Assembly (NCBI GenBank): GCA_013239625.1
Contig: MU054323.1
Coordinates: 10,757,186-10,821,185 of the forward strand
DNA: 64,000 bases
Reading direction: 5' to 3'
Source: Lama guanicoe
Lineage: Eukaryota
Shown: positions 13,269 through 26,919 of the stretch, piece after piece
Layout: each line of letters opens with the position of its first letter
Numbering within the stretch: position 1 is the stretch's first letter
The notes under the pieces: generated by a model
Told to the model about the DNA's origin: nothing
The model's database searches: none
The model's input: the letters and a program-made list of their open reading frames with translations, nothing else
Position numbers and translations under genes: made by a program

Positions 13269-14109
13269 GAATATATATTATATATATATATATATATATA
13301 TGTTCATGTATAACTCAAAAATTGTGCTCTATAGTAGAATGTGACACAACATTGTAAAATGATTATAAATCAATAAAAAGTTAAAAAAAAGAATTTGAAA
13401 GGAGGCAAATAGCTTTAAACAGACTGTACAGAAGAAGACAGAGAAACACAGACTGAAAAGTAAGTAGATTAAGGTCACATGGCCAAGGATATGTATGTAT
13501 CTGGACAGACCCTACCTCTTTAGAGTTGGAGGCAGCAGTGAAAAACTGTTACTTCAAAAAACACATATTGCGAGCCTGCTGTAACTACCGTAGACTCTTT
13601 GAGAATATAAATAATTCTTAACACATGGCCCAGGCCTTCTAGTGAAGGAAACAAGACAAGTGCATGTGAAAAGTTAAGCAGCAGATTCATTCATTCAGGC
13701 AAGCAGGAAGAGCAGGGCCTTTTGCAGACAAGTTTCCCTCTGTGTTAGCTGGGTGGCTCTGAGCAGTTTTCTTCCTTTCTCTAAACCTGTTTCCTCTTCT
13801 CTAGAAGAGATAAAAATAATCCCTGCCTCTTAGCATTGCTGCATCAATGAGACAGCAACATATCTGAAAGTCCCATGTAAATAATGACATTCCAATTCAA
13901 TATAGCTCATTATATTATCAGTGACTATCTACTTTAGACAAAAACGTGCTTACACACAGGGATGTAAGATTAATCAAGAAAGGTGATTCTAAAAGTGATT
14001 ACTAATCACATCCTACCAAAAAGTCTTCACAAAAATAGGAAAGACATCAACAAGAAAAGCTCTGAGTTCCAAAGAGGGAGGCTGCTCGTTGTCAGAAGGA
14101 AAACCTTGG

Positions 14110-14225
14110 CTGCAAGGTCGGTCCCCCAGGTTTGTGGCTGGTTCTGCACCAGCTGGCTCTGCGACCTTGAGCAACTGCCTGAGCCTCTCTGTGCCTCTGA
14201 TTTCTCATCTGTAAAATGAGGGGTT
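14110..14225 (+). mobile_element. MIR SINE
   Basis: GACCTTGAGCAAC..CCTCTCTGTGCCTC..TCTCATCTGTAAAATG. Confidence 0.8.
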
Positions 14226-14399
14226 TGGATTTAATTATCTACACAACGCCTCCCAGCTTGACAGGCTGTGATCTATGGTCTAAGAGGGGGTAGGCCTTGA
14301 AAGTTGAATCACGTTTCAGTATAGGAGGGGGAGTTTATGAATAAAGATGCAGGGGCAGAGACAGGAATATACAAGAGAAAGGGAGTAATAAAAAAAAAA

Positions 14400-14625
14400 A
14401 GCTGACATTTATTAAGTGCCTACTTTGGGCCTTGTTTTAAGTACTTTATGTATATTAACTCATTAAATCCTCACAACAACCTACAAAGCAGAAAAATTAT
14501 ACTCCCTCTTTTCCAGAGGGCAAGATGGAAGCACAAGGAAGATAAGTAGTAATTTTTCCAAGGTTATACAGCTTGGTAAGAGTAAGGCCTGGGATTTGAG
14601 CCAGGTAGTAAGACTCCAGAGCCTA
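14400..14625 (-). mobile_element. MIR SINE
   Basis: ACATTTATTAAGTGCCTACT..ATTAACTCATTAAATCCTCACAACAACC..GGGATTTGAGCCAGG. Confidence 0.85.
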
Positions 14626-14976
14626 CACACACAACACCCAACCACTAGAACAAATTATAGATCACAGAGCATGAATGTGGTGAGGGGACACGGTGTCAGA
14701 TGAATATGCAATGTGACTGCAAGATGGTATCTTTTCTAGTGACTTTTTGTGCTCCTCTGAGCCACAAGGCTGGGGCCCTATCTTCTGCCACTGTTCTGCC
14801 CAGGCAGCCACCCTGTCCCTGCAGAGTGGATTGCTAGGCCAGAAAAAGTAAAGCCTTCTTAATGGAGAGTCAGAAGAGAAAGGGTGTTTTGAGGTCATCT
14901 GCCCAAACTCTTTTCCACCATTTTACTGACTTTAACACAGAGGCCCAGGGAATTTAAGTGACTTTCCCAGGACCTT

Positions 14977-15240
14977 ATTCATTCATTCATTCATTCATTC
15001 ATTCATTCACCCATACTAAGCCTCTCCTAAGTGTCTTGTACTGTGCAAGACCATGGAGGTATAGGGCTGAGCTAAACACAGATTAAACAAAAGCCATAAA
15101 GAGAAGCAAGTCTTCTAATGGGGAAATAGAGGGGGTGCTGAGATCTTGAAGCTGGAGAACTTAACTTTAGGCCAGGGGACTTGAGGATGCCTTCTAGAGG
15201 GGGTTAAATTTAAGCTGAGCTGTTAAGGGTAGGTTATCTA
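14977..15240 (-). mobile_element. L2 LINE 3' end with expanded (TTCA)n tail
   Basis: (ATTC)n at 14977-15009 followed by L2-like reverse 3' sequence. Confidence 0.65.
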
Positions 15241-16090
15241 ATTAAAGCAAAGAATGAAAACAGAAGCCAAGTGCCCATGGCCAGTCCTCCTCAGGCTTTG
15301 CATTAGAATGTTAAAGACATGCTTCTTCCCACCATTCAGCATTTCCCCACAGAGAAAAAGTGCATTACAGACACCCTCTGGGCACACCAAACTCCACTGT
15401 GCGCAAGGCAGACAGTAAGACTTATTATTCCTCTTATTATCTCCTATTACTGTTTGCTTCCATTTTTCCCAGGGCTTTGAACTTGTAAAACAGACAGGAG
15501 TTTTGATGTGACCTGGATTATACAAACACCTGCGTGGATGGCACCGCTGTTTCCTCTCTCTAAGAGAAATTACTGCAAGCGTGTGTGTTTGAACCAACTT
15601 GGTCATTATACCACTTGAATTTTTCCCTTTTCCGTGGCCTAAATTTAGATTCCTTCTCCTATTTTCTGAGCACTATCAGAATAAGGTTTTCATTTTAATC
15701 ATGCTCTCTGGGCAGGCCAAATTTAGGCATAATGAAAACAAAAAGTGTTATGCAAAGTGAGACGTTAGAGGAAGCCCAGCTGGGCACGTGCACTGCATCC
15801 CTAACATGGCTGGCCAGGAATAGCGTGCAGGCTTCCCAGGCTGGGACCTGCTGTTCTCCCCTAAAGCAAGGCAACCCATTAATGCTCTGCTCTAAGAATA
15901 TTCTGTTGCATAAGTAATGTAGCACTGAGCTGCTCTGTCCCCAATCCCTTCAGCAGTACCACAGCAGATAAAGAGTTTGATAATACCTGGCCCAGTGTGG
16001 GCCGGCCCTCACCGTGCGGACCCTATGCCACAGCTTCTACCAGAAAAATAAGATTAATCTGGTCCTGGACTGCAGATTTATCCCTAGGGT

Positions 16091-16300
16091 ACTGGTTCTA
16101 CATCCTAGCTGCATATGAGAATCACCTCAAGTGCTTTTAAAAATACTGCTTCCCCAGGTGGACACCCCGACCAAATGAATCAGAACATCTCACGGTGGAA
16201 CATGGGCAGAAGAGTTGTTTTCGTTTTCTTTAACATTTCCCTCCTCCACTCCATCCCCACTGCTGTGATTCTGAAGTCCAGACTAGGTGGAGAATCTTTG
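16091..16300. mobile_element. MER5-family hAT-Charlie MITE
   Basis: GGTTCT..GCTGCATATGAGAATCACCT..TTTAAAAATACTG..TGAATCAGAA. Confidence 0.7.
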
Positions 16301-16331
16301 TCCCAAAAGAACTGGGAAAGGGAAGGGACAT

Positions 16332-16505
16332 CTTGTCACTCAAAATGTAGTTCCCACCCTCTCCCTCCATCAGTATCACCTGGGAGCCTGTTAAAAATGC
16401 AGAATCTCAGCCCCCAACCAGACCTACTAAATCAGAATCTGCACCTTAACAGATTTCCCTAGATTCTGGGAGATGTATATTCACATTACAAATCAAGAAG
16501 CATTG
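16332..16505. mobile_element. MER5A-like MITE
   Basis: ATCACCTGGGAGCCTGTTAAAAATGCAGAATCTCAG..CAGACCTACTAAATCAGAATCTGCA. Confidence 0.85.
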
Positions 16506-16549
16506 TCTTATTCCGCTGGGTTTTTTTTTCTTTTTTTTCATTCAAAGCT

Positions 16550-16790
16550 ATGTGTAAAGCCACTAAGGCTTATGTTTAAGATCCCAGATTCAGCAGCCAG
16601 AAGCTGCTCTGCTCAAAACCATTCTGCTGCTTATCTGACTTTGGGTATGTTATATACACTCTTCGTGTTTTGGTTTCCTCATCTATAAATGAATTACACC
16701 ATTTATTTCACAGAATTGTTGTGTGAAGAAAATGTTTACACTACTTAAGACAGTTTCTGGCTCATTTTAAGTATTCTCTGAGTGTTATTA
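16550..16790 (+). mobile_element. MIR SINE
   Basis: GGTTTCCTCATCTATAAATG..GTTGTGTGAAG..ACAGTTTCTGGC. Confidence 0.75.
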
Positions 16791-17234
16791 TTACCATGAG
16801 AGGGATGACTGGGTGAAGCCTACACTGCCACCTCCCCTGATGTTTTCACATCCTCCTGTCATGTACAGAAAAATTAACTCACGTTACCAACTGAATGGTA
16901 GCGGTAGCAGTTATGTTATGGTATCAGGGAAGGGTAAAAACAAGTAGACACAGCATGAGGACGTATGTGCCTTTGTTCTCTTTTGCTAAAAGGACTTCAC
17001 TCTGAGAGCTAGACTCCCTAAAGTCTGCAGGGCACTGAAAGATGCTACCTAGAAGTGACTGCTTGCTTTATACCATACATACTCCCTGATCCATGATGCC
17101 CACCTCAGTGGGCCAGAATGCAATGTCTTTCTTGGGGTTGGGTCTCATCACAGGTGAGAAACAGAAAATTCCAGTGCCCACATTCACTTGGCATGAAGAT
17201 GGAAAATATCTGTCCCTAACATTGGGATGTCTTA

Positions 17235-17650
17235 GGTAGCAGGCTGTCCACAAGTTTTCTAATACTCTTCTCTTCAAGAGATGGAGTATAATTCCTCTCT
17301 CCTTGAAAGTGAGCAGGAATTAAAAACTCACTTGTAATGAACAGAATGTGGTCAAAATGAGAATATGTGACTCACAAGTTTAGATTATAGAAGGCATTGC
17401 AGCTTCTTCTTGCTCACCCTTCAATCACTTGCTGTGGGGAAAGGCAGCTGCCATATCATGAGCTCAGTCAAACTGCCCTACAGAGAAGTCCACATAGCGA
17501 GGCACTAAGGTCAAGTGAGTGAGCAGATGACTGCAGCCTTGATCAACAACTTGACTGCAACCTCAGGAGAGACCCTAAGTCTGAACCATCCAGCTGAGCC
17601 ATTTTTGAACACCTGACCTGCCAAAACTATGTGATATAGTAAATATCTGT
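17235..17650 (+). mobile_element. MaLR solo LTR (MLT1F-like)
   Basis: ACAGAATGTGG, CAGATGACTGCAGCC, TTGACTGCAACCTCAGGAGAGACCCT and CCAGCTGAGCC motifs. Confidence 0.85.
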
Positions 17651-19099
17651 CACATCATATGGAACCCACCTTGTGTTCTTCCACCCACTGGTGCCAGATA
17701 AAGAAGCGAAAGGTTGTGAGAGTAATGGAGGGCACTCTCCCTGGCCCCACCTTCCACCCTCTCCTACTCTGCTTGATTTTTCATTTCCTCTGTTACAGCA
17801 CCCCCTAACCTCCAAGAATCTACCTCTTCAGAAGATTGCAGGAGGACTAGCAGTAATCTGAACAAATTTATCTCACATAGGAGATAAAAGTGAAGAAGCT
17901 CTGAACTTCAGGACCTGGGAGGGTTTCCAGTAAAAAAAATTCTGACCCTTGAATTGCCTCAATCTCTTCCCTGAAAGGGCCAAAACCAGTCCCCACAAAT
18001 GAGAATGAGAAGGAAGCCATCATCACCTCCAGCCCTGGACACCCACCCCTGATAAAGCACATCTGCAGGGGTCCTGGAGAACTCAGTTACTCCAGATCAC
18101 TCAGATCCTGACATCTTCCTGGCACTAATGGGAAGACCTCTAGAACGCATTTCACAAACTAAACTGTCCTGATCTCCTTCTGTTGTTCCCATTCCTTGGA
18201 CCTTGGCGAACAGAGGGAAACTCCTGCTGGCAAACAGGATTAAGTCTTAGCAAAGGAAAATCAATCTTGTCAGAAATGCCCCTCTCCACAGTCACCCTCC
18301 TAAAGATGAGCACAGACTTGGGGGCTGATGAGCCACTCCAAGGTGACTATCCTCCATGTTCTTCTGACATTCCTCATGGCCTGTTAGTAAGTAAAAGGAT
18401 CTCAAAAAGCTTCTCAGTCCCTGTTTGCTTAGCTTCTAAGCCTCAAAGCAGGCTTTCTTCTGCTGGAAGAAGTAACAAGGATGTCTGGAATTTGCATTGT
18501 CTTTTTCCCTAAAGAGTCCAAAGGACTTTATGCACATTTTCACAGTAATTGAGTAAAGTCATCTCCCAGGCCCTAGGTACCTCCTGATTCAGCGAAGGAA
18601 GGAATCAAAGCACAGAAAGGTGGGTGGTTCCATGTCTCCCCACTGCCCAAGGGGTAGATCTGGAATTCTACCTGGTTGGTCTTGGACCACTACCAAGAAT
18701 CTGCTGGCAGTTCCACAACAATTAGGCAATGGGAAGACAAAGGCAGAACCAGCTCTTAGCTGGTGGCAGGCAGAGGAAATGGGAGACTGGCGTGGCTGAA
18801 TATGAATTCTGACCATTTGCTACAGACACCACCCTGCACTCATGAGAGTCAAAAGTCATATGTTGTTAGCTCATGGGTTGACTCACTTCAGCTTGCCAGT
18901 GGCTACAGTTGAGTGGCTGGTGTCCATCCTGTTCTCTAGGACTTGGCCACTTTGCAAAAACTGACCTGGAGCAAGTCCCTCTGCCTCTCTGAACCTCAGC
19001 AATGTTCCTCATTCATAAAATGACAGAGAAATCCTCCTATATCTAAAGTTCTGAAAGTTGACAAATATGAAGTCTTTGGAGATATAGCAAGGGGTACAG

Positions 19100-19270
19100 G
19101 ATTATTAGAATAGGCACTGGAAGACCAGGATTCCTACCTTAGCCCACTAGCAGCTGTATGATGTTGGGTAAATCACTTAACTCGTCAGAGCCTTGGTTTC
19201 CTCACCTATAAAATGAGGTGGCTGGTTATATCCTCCCTAAGGTTACCTCCCAGTCTGGCCTCTATCTCTG
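19100..19270 (+). mobile_element. MIR SINE
   Basis: AGCTGTATGATGTTGGGTAAATCACTTAAC..GGTTTCCTCACCTATAAAATG. Confidence 0.8.
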
Positions 19271-19359
19271 AATTCAATGACTGTACATGGAAAGAGCTAT
19301 AGTAGAAAGAGTCTGTTCCAGACACTGACTCTTTTCCTTGCTTCATCTCTTTATCTGTC

Positions 19360-19950
19360 TTTCCATTCATTCATCACATATATATTGAGTGCTTACCATA
19401 TGGCCAGCTTCTCTTTTAGGCACCAGGGCATAACAATGAGAAAGATGGGTATGGTTCAGTCCACATCCTAATTACAAAGAGGAGAAGCAGAGAACTAAAT
19501 AAATTTCACAAATGGGTGTGACCCAGAGGAATAAGAGGCCTTGGTGCTTCAAGAAATGTAAAGCAAATCAATAGGGTTGGATGATGAAGTACAAGGCACA
19601 GAATGGTGGCAGTTAAGCTGGAGAGTGGCAGGGAACCTTAAGTACTCCAGCTCAAGGATCATGTTTTCTATCTAAAGGAACCCTAGAAGAGATCATTGAG
19701 TGATTTTCAGCACAGTTGTGATGCAACTATGTTTTTACCTTGAAAAAACTATTTTGTGTGTCTGTATATTTTTAGTCACTACTGCGTACCAGGGTTGGAT
19801 AGATGAAAATAAAGGAATCTAGCTAGGGGGCCAATGCAGTGATCCAGGAAAGAGATTATCTGAACTTGGACTAAGAAGGAGATGAAGATACACAGAAGCA
19901 TCTGAGAAATAGTTACAAGCTAGAAATCAAAACAACAAAAAAGAGAAGTC
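19360..19950 (-). mobile_element. L2 LINE relic
   Basis: TTCATTCATCACATATATTGAGTGCTTACCAT terminus, then degenerate L2 body. Confidence 0.65.
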
Positions 19951-22900
19951 AGATGTGGACGTGGTGGAGCTTGAAAGAGAATGATTAAAAGAAAGATGTT
20001 CCAAAGGCTGGGGAATCATTACTAAGGATGCCTGGTGACCCATGGCTTCATCTTGTGACTCAGCCTGAATGCTAAACCAAACAAAGTAAGTTTTCTTTAC
20101 ACAACTGCTCTCCCTGGGACCCTTTCAGGTGAGAGGTACCCACTGTACCCACCTGAAACTGGCCTGCCCTGTACTGCCCTACCATGCCCTCCCTAGAAGC
20201 TCTGTCATTGCCCTATCGTTCTGTAGGAAGGACAAACACATCATAGTTCTGCAATCTACATGAAGTCTTCCTCTCCACCTGGGATAGTAGAAATCCAACT
20301 GCAAAATCCCAAACTCTTGGGGGAAAAGGAAGACAGAGCAGCTGTGATTTTATAAGACTTTTTTGTGTGTGAAAATCAAGCAAGAAAAGAAAATATCCCT
20401 GTAGTTTGTGGCATTTGGGGTTGATTTATCATGGGCTTTGAATAGCACCATGACAAAATTCTACAATGAGTATCATCAAAACATTCTGAATTACTACAGA
20501 CAGCCTCTTTAGTTAATAAAGAAAAAAAAAAGACAATCTTAGGTCTTTACCAGACACTCTCTGTCTCTCTCTCTCTCTGTCTCTTTATGTGTCAGGGTTC
20601 AGCATCCAAATACTCAGTCAGTCTTATACAAGCCTCATGCAATATTAAAATGTTTATGCAACCCTTTCTGTGCTTGAAGCAGTAGCAAATGTTCCTGGTG
20701 TGCAGGGAATGAAAAGAATAATGTTCTCTGACTCTCAGGAGAAAATCCAACACCACAGCAGTGCCCATCTTGCCCTTCATGATTAATTGGTGCAATAAAT
20801 CAGAGATCTATTCAGCTATCTGTCACCTCTTTAGGATCCTAAGCATCAACTGAGCACTGAAGAAAGAGCATCGCCTGGTTTCTTTGCCATATGGAACAGA
20901 GAATTGGACTGGCACTCAGAATACTTTTATCTAAGCTCATGGCTACAAGTCTACAGGCATGTATTATGCTGATATTAGTCATATGTCAAACATATGCTGA
21001 TATTAGTCATGTGAATGGTGCAACATTTCAGAAAGATTTGCCTTCAGCTGCTGTACTACTATAAGAGGTGAATTTCCAAATATATGAGCTCAAATCTAAG
21101 TGCTGGAGACTAACAGAGAAATCGGTCTCAATCCACTATCTTCCAACCAATGATTATAAGACATGTAATGAAGCAAATATTGCTAGAAGGAAAAGAGAGG
21201 CTTAGAGATATCAAGTAATAGTCTTAGAACAGCACACAGTTCAGAAGCAGCTCTGGATGCATAGCTTTTGCCAAGCACAGGAAAATTAAAATATCAGAGC
21301 TAGAAGTGTAGGCCTCTAAGACTATTTTATAAAGAAGGAGTCAAGGTCCAGAGAAGCTAAAGAATTTGTTCAAAATTCCTAATTTGTGGTTTACTGTCTA
21401 ACACAAAACCCCACTGACCTTCTAAGAAGAAGGGGCAAACCAAACATTTCCAAAAGGAAACATACTTGCTCTGCAAAGTTTACTGTAATGATGTGATGTT
21501 CTCTAATGTACAGGTCTTCTCTGCTTATGAACTGCTATCAAATTATGAGGGCTTTCCAGAGCTTACATAATAGAAATGCTTTCTGAGTATTATTTCCAGT
21601 CCAATATGTTTAGTGATCTCTGTTGGCTGAGGACACAGTCAAAGACTTAACTGACAGGCTCAAACTCCATCTGAGATGATTCAGTGTTCTTACTGAGAAA
21701 ATAGCTCCACAGCCTGAGAAAGCTTCCCACCACTGGCTTTACAAAGGGTCCGATGAAGAATAGATATGGCTAAACTAACTCAGCTCTACCCTTAAAGCCT
21801 GTGGGAGCTGAGCTTGTAAATGCTGGTGTCCTTCCAGAGACCAGAGAGCAGGGTGAGAAGCAGTCCAGATGTTTGTTTGTAAGAGCAAAGAGCAAGAGCA
21901 TCCCTTACTCCCAGTTCTACTGGATGGAGCATAAGACCACTCCCAAGCAAGGCTGAACATGCTTTAGGCTTGTCATAGTTGTTCTGAGTACAGTTTATTT
22001 CGAATCAGATTATAGGTCTGCACTTGTATGAAATGAGGTGCACTTGTATGAAATGAAGTAAGATCATTTCCACATGCAAGGGAAATACATTATTCATTAG
22101 ATTAATTCTCAGTGAACAGTGGACCCATCCTAATACTACTGAGTTCTCAGTGTTAGAAAAATCCTAGGGGACCAGTGCAAGGCTGGCCCAGATTCTCTGC
22201 AGACTGTTGCTGTAAGCTGTGGGTACACACACCTACTCCTCAGCCTGGTATGGCCCTTATCTGTGAGGTTCTTTCCCCAGACTGGACTTGGATATCTCCT
22301 TTCAGTAGCTACAAGTCTTAGCAAACACTCTGGGCTGATGGGAGCACAGGAGCTGTCAGCCTCTGGGTGAAGATTTGAGATTTCCATTAAGTTGATGCCA
22401 TAATTTGCTGTCTCTCCAAAGGTTCTGCTTTCCAGTCTGGGCATCCTTCATCACTCCCTTCGCAAACCGAAATGGCATGGAGCCATTGGCTGCTGAGAAG
22501 TTTAACGCTGACTTGGCTCCAGTTTGTTGAGACAGAGTGTTTGTGTAGCCTATAACCCCCTCTATTCAGTGTGTGAGGGATGTTTTAGTGAGGCTCTTGG
22601 CTGTAAATACCTTCAGGAAAACTTTTTTTCAATGATTTCTTTCAACTCTGTGAACAGATACATACTTTATTCTTCACAAAGACACTGATGGCAAAGTGTT
22701 CTCTTTCCTTTCAACTGAATTAACCATTGCAGGGGGGAAAATTCCCAATCTTCAAAAAGTAGAATTGCCTAAGTCCAGTCTAAGAGAAAAATCACTGGTC
22801 AATTTCCAGGATGTGGGCATAACCCAATATGCCCCATTGACAGTCATGACTTCCCCAATCCTAGGATAGAGGAAGACCCCAACTAGGGAAGTAAATCTGG

Positions 22901-22983
22901 GGCTTTCAAAAGAGACTTCAGTTAAGAGGAGTCCTACTGGTACAAGGTCTTCTCCATTCCTCAGACCAGGGCTCCTGAGACTC

Positions 22984-23146
22984 TGGCTATTCAAGGTGAC
23001 CCAGTAACCAGTAGCATCAATATCACCTGGAAGCTTGTTATAAATGCAGAGTCTCAGGCTTCACCACTGACCTCCTGAGTTAGAATCTGCATTTTAACAA
23101 GATCCCCGGAAGACTGGTATGTATATTAAACTTTGAGAAGCACACT
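22984..23146. mobile_element. MER5A-like MITE
   Basis: ATCACCTGGAAGCTTGTTATAAATGCAGAGTCTCAGGC..AGAATCTGCATTTTAACAAGATCCCC. Confidence 0.85.
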
Positions 23147-25913
23147 TTAGGTCTCCTTTCCTCTGTGCCCTTAGGTATGACAACTCCACTATAGGCTGAA
23201 CTCCTAGATCCTGATCAGTTCCTCTTCTGTTTTTACTGTTTGCACTGTAACTCATGCTGAATCAGTCCGAACACTGTTGACCCAAGTCAGTTTATATTTT
23301 TGGCTTCTCATCCCACCCTTACTCTAACTTACAGCTTTTATGGCACGTGTCTGCCAAATACAATGCCTTCCCAAGGCTCAACACCTGATAGTTAGCCTTG
23401 GTTGTTGATAAAAATCACTTAACCTGCCTAGGCTATGGTTTCCCCAGATGCTACAGGACACACATGCCAGGAGGACAAATGGGGTCATTCATATTTAATA
23501 GTACTCATTATTATACAGCAAGTGTAAGGTATTATTTGTGAGCATCTGTCTGGGTTAATGGCTGCTATCTCCTGAACAGGCTAACCATGTTCATTGCATG
23601 GTTAATTCTGAGAATACTAGAAAAGTTTTAATGCTCTCCAACTGGGTAAGGCTTTATCATTCAATATCTCAGTATACTTAACAGACTTTTTGAAAAAACT
23701 CTAGCAACACGAAAGGAGTCTTGAAAAAGGGTGAAGCTTCATTATTATAATGGGAAGTGAGGTCCCCTGTCTGCACTGTCTTTTCTATGGAAATGGAGAA
23801 TCAAGGGACTGTAATGTGAGACATCTTACTCAACATCATGAAGAAACTGGATTGGAATTCTAGATGCTCAGAAGCCAATTCCGTAGGACTCTAGACTAGT
23901 GGCAGGAAGAGAGAGGGTAAAGCAAGATTATGAGGCAAGCAGGTGGCAATTTCAGAAAGCTAGGAATGGGGAGTTCCATGATATCAGTTTTTGTCCAAGA
24001 AGCAGAGACAGAATTCAATGTGTCAGAACCAGGGAACTGAGGTGAAGTAAAGAGTAAGGGGTGGATCTCTCAAAGGGGTAAACCACAGAACAACCAAGAA
24101 GTCCAAAATGGCTTGTCTTTGAAGGGGTGATATATAGAATGTACATAAAGAGAGGCATGTACACTCCAGGGCCTATACAAATGCCCTAGCTCAATTAAAA
24201 GCACTTTATAAATTGCAAAGGGCCATGCAAATGTTCGATATATTGTTATAATTGCCCTAAGATATTCATCAGAAAAGTGAGACTCCAAAATGCTAGTGAA
24301 ATTAGATAACATGTCCAGGAGGTCATACACCTAGTAAGTTCAAAAACCACTGACTTCTCAACCAGTGATGTCTGGGGACAATGTGAGAAGAATGCTTCTT
24401 TCTGAGGAGAGCTCTAATTACATGGTATATTTATTGTCCTCATGGTATGCACCCAGTTAGTAAAAATGTGAAAAATTCAGCTGACTTAGCCAGGTTTTGT
24501 GGGCTTGACACAATGCCAAATAGCCAGTGTCATTAGTTCTCTCAACTGATTTGACAGGTTATTTTGGTAAATAGTTTGACAGAGCTCGAGGCAGAAAATT
24601 CGAGGGGAAGGATCAACTCTAAACAATTTGGGCAATGCTAACATGTAGAAACTAGATAGAGTGGGAGGGAACAGTAAAGATTTTCCCAAATTAATACTGA
24701 AGTTGGTTTAGACATCAGCTATAATGCCAATATAATAGAAATAGACAGGTTAAAAATCAAGATGAAGAACTGACATTGTAATAGGACATACTCTGTCCAG
24801 AAGTGTCAAGAAATACTGGAGGTATTAAGTGTAGGAAAGGAAGATTACAAATGAAGAGGGAAAGAAAAAGAGCAGTATGACTCTATACTGAATTTGCAAA
24901 TGGTCCAAACCACTCTACTGCATCTAATTTAGAAGTCTTGCCACATCACTCACACCAAAATCACAAAGACCAGAGTTCCCTGATCTTCCTTCAGCACTAA
25001 CTGTACCATCAACTACAAGAAAAAAAGCACACACCTTCACTTCAAATCATAGCAGGCAAAATTCCATTTGTTTTATCTTTCGAAAGAGCACAAAGGCAAT
25101 GTAGCTTATTCAGTTCTCTTAGTAAAGAAAATCTCCCCATTAATCTGGAATCAACACACAGATTCTCAACATGAAAGTTGGTAGAAGAAACAACTGATGA
25201 GAAATTATGAAGAATTCTTGTTGAAAAATACTCTATGATAATTATATATTCATTTACAACATACTAGTTCCATCATACATAATATATCTGTTGAAATAAC
25301 ACACTTTTAAAATTAGTTTTTATAATTATTTCTATGAATAATAAAGTGAAATAAAACTTAGCAAGTATGGTTTAAAAAAAAAAAGAAGAAAGAAAAAAAA
25401 GAAAGAAAATCTTCCCATTAGACAAACTTCTGAAAACACTGTGATCTAAGCCAAATAAAAAAGCAGCCATCATTCAGGCTGGGCTGGTGAGGGGGTAAAT
25501 CAAGTGGTAACAAGGAAACAAGCAATTGTGACCCATGTCTTTTTGTGTAGCAAAAGGGTCTGAGAACCCTGCTGGCAGCCAACGAATAATAAATAACAAC
25601 GAGAGTTTAAGGCAAACCTTGATACTCTCTTTTGCTCTAATTTGATTCAGAAGCTGAGAAGGTAGGAAAAATTTGAAATACTTGGTAGGAAAATTTAGTG
25701 GCTTTACTATGGAGTGTGTATTGACAGTCAAAACATACTGACATAAGGAAGAAATGGCCTTTCCATCTGAGACTCCAGGAACCTCTAGCATTTCTATCCT
25801 CAAATAATATTACAGCGCATTTATTCCATGCCATTTTCATAAGAGATAAGGAATTATGAGTCTTCCTGTTATACCTAACTGAAAATGAAGGTACAGAGCT
25901 TTTTCTTCCTCCC

Positions 25914-26281
25914 TGTGGTCAGAATAGTGGAACATGCCAATGCTTCATCTAGATCCCCCTGAACTGCCTTCTACTGATTGTGCATGCACCAACCTCCACT
26001 CCATAATCCTAGCAGTGTGTAGCCATAAGAAAGCCCAACTCTCTCGCTTTAAGTTAGGATAACAAGGCATGACTTAAGTTCCAGAATTCCCCTGTAAAGT
26101 CAGGTTGCAGCATACTGTCAGAGGGAATTTTGCTTGAGATTACAGTTTAACTTAATTACTTCCCTTCCCTATCCTGCTTCCCCAACTCCCTTAGCAGTCA
26201 CCCCTAGGAGCATTTCTTTAATAAGTCACTTGCTTGGTAATTTTCATCTCTGGGTCTACTTCTGAGGAATCAACCAAGACA
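25914..26281 (+). mobile_element. ERVL solo LTR (LTR16-like)
   Basis: TG...CA ends; CCCTTCCCTATCCTGCTTCC and TTAATAAGTCACTTGC..CATCTCTGGGTCTACTTCT 3' motifs. Confidence 0.7.
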
Positions 26282-26309
26282 ATCAAGTTTTATCAAAGTT
26301 CTCTCTAAC

Positions 26310-26620
26310 AGTCAGGACAGGCTAAGCTATACAATAAAAACATACAACCCCCAAATGTCAACAAAAAAACAATAAAGGATTATTTCTTGTTCATGCTACC
26401 TGTCCATTGAGAGCTAAGAAGTGGTCTCTGCTCACCTTAGTCACTCAGAGACCCAGGCTGACAGAGACATCATTTTGAACATTGCCAGTTACCATGACAT
26501 AACGAAAAGAGTAGCTGGAAGACTCAGTCAGCAATAAGGGTTCACTCAGAATTAACATACATCACTACTGCTAACAACTCATTGTCTTGAACTAGTCTCA
26601 TGGCTCCACCCAACCAAAAT
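26310..26620 (-). mobile_element. MaLR LTR relic (MLT1J/K-like)
   Basis: GTCACTCAGAGACCCAGGCTGACAGA and CTCATTGTCTTGAACTAGTCTCATGGC motifs. Confidence 0.7.
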
Positions 26621-26919
26621 CATCCATGAACTACACTAATAACTACTGCAAGTAAATCAGAGCTTAGAAGTCTGAGATCTGTTGTCTCTCCATGAAATAT
26701 GGTTTGGTTTCCATGAATATCAATTTATCCTCATAATCTGCTTACAGAGACTTTCTACAAAAGACTGTGGGGTAGGTTAGAGAAACCAAGAGTTGAAAAG
26801 TGCTGCTATTATTCCGGCTTTATCATGGATTGGTAACATAGTGATCCTAGACAAACCATGGTCAATGCCTTGGTTTTCCCACGTGTAACATGAACTAACA
26901 AAAATTACTGTGTGTGGTC

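Larger units (their letters stand above)
10932..13388 (+). mobile_element. 5'-truncated young LINE-1 (RT through 3'UTR), spanning an assembly gap
   Basis: ORF2 RT motifs ([28 protein letters not shown]) and Cys motif (CWRGC..HCWWEC); AATAAA then poly(A); perfect 17-bp TSD AAGAATTTGAAAGGAGG at 10915-10931 and 13389-13405. Confidence 0.97.

Noticed and set aside
12794..13357. 187-aa and 155-aa ORFs
   Set aside because: Artefacts of translating through the N gap
24980..25250. Possible decayed hAT transposase / BED-finger fragment
   Set aside because: Only a vague resemblance across frames; needs a Dfam or tBLASTn search
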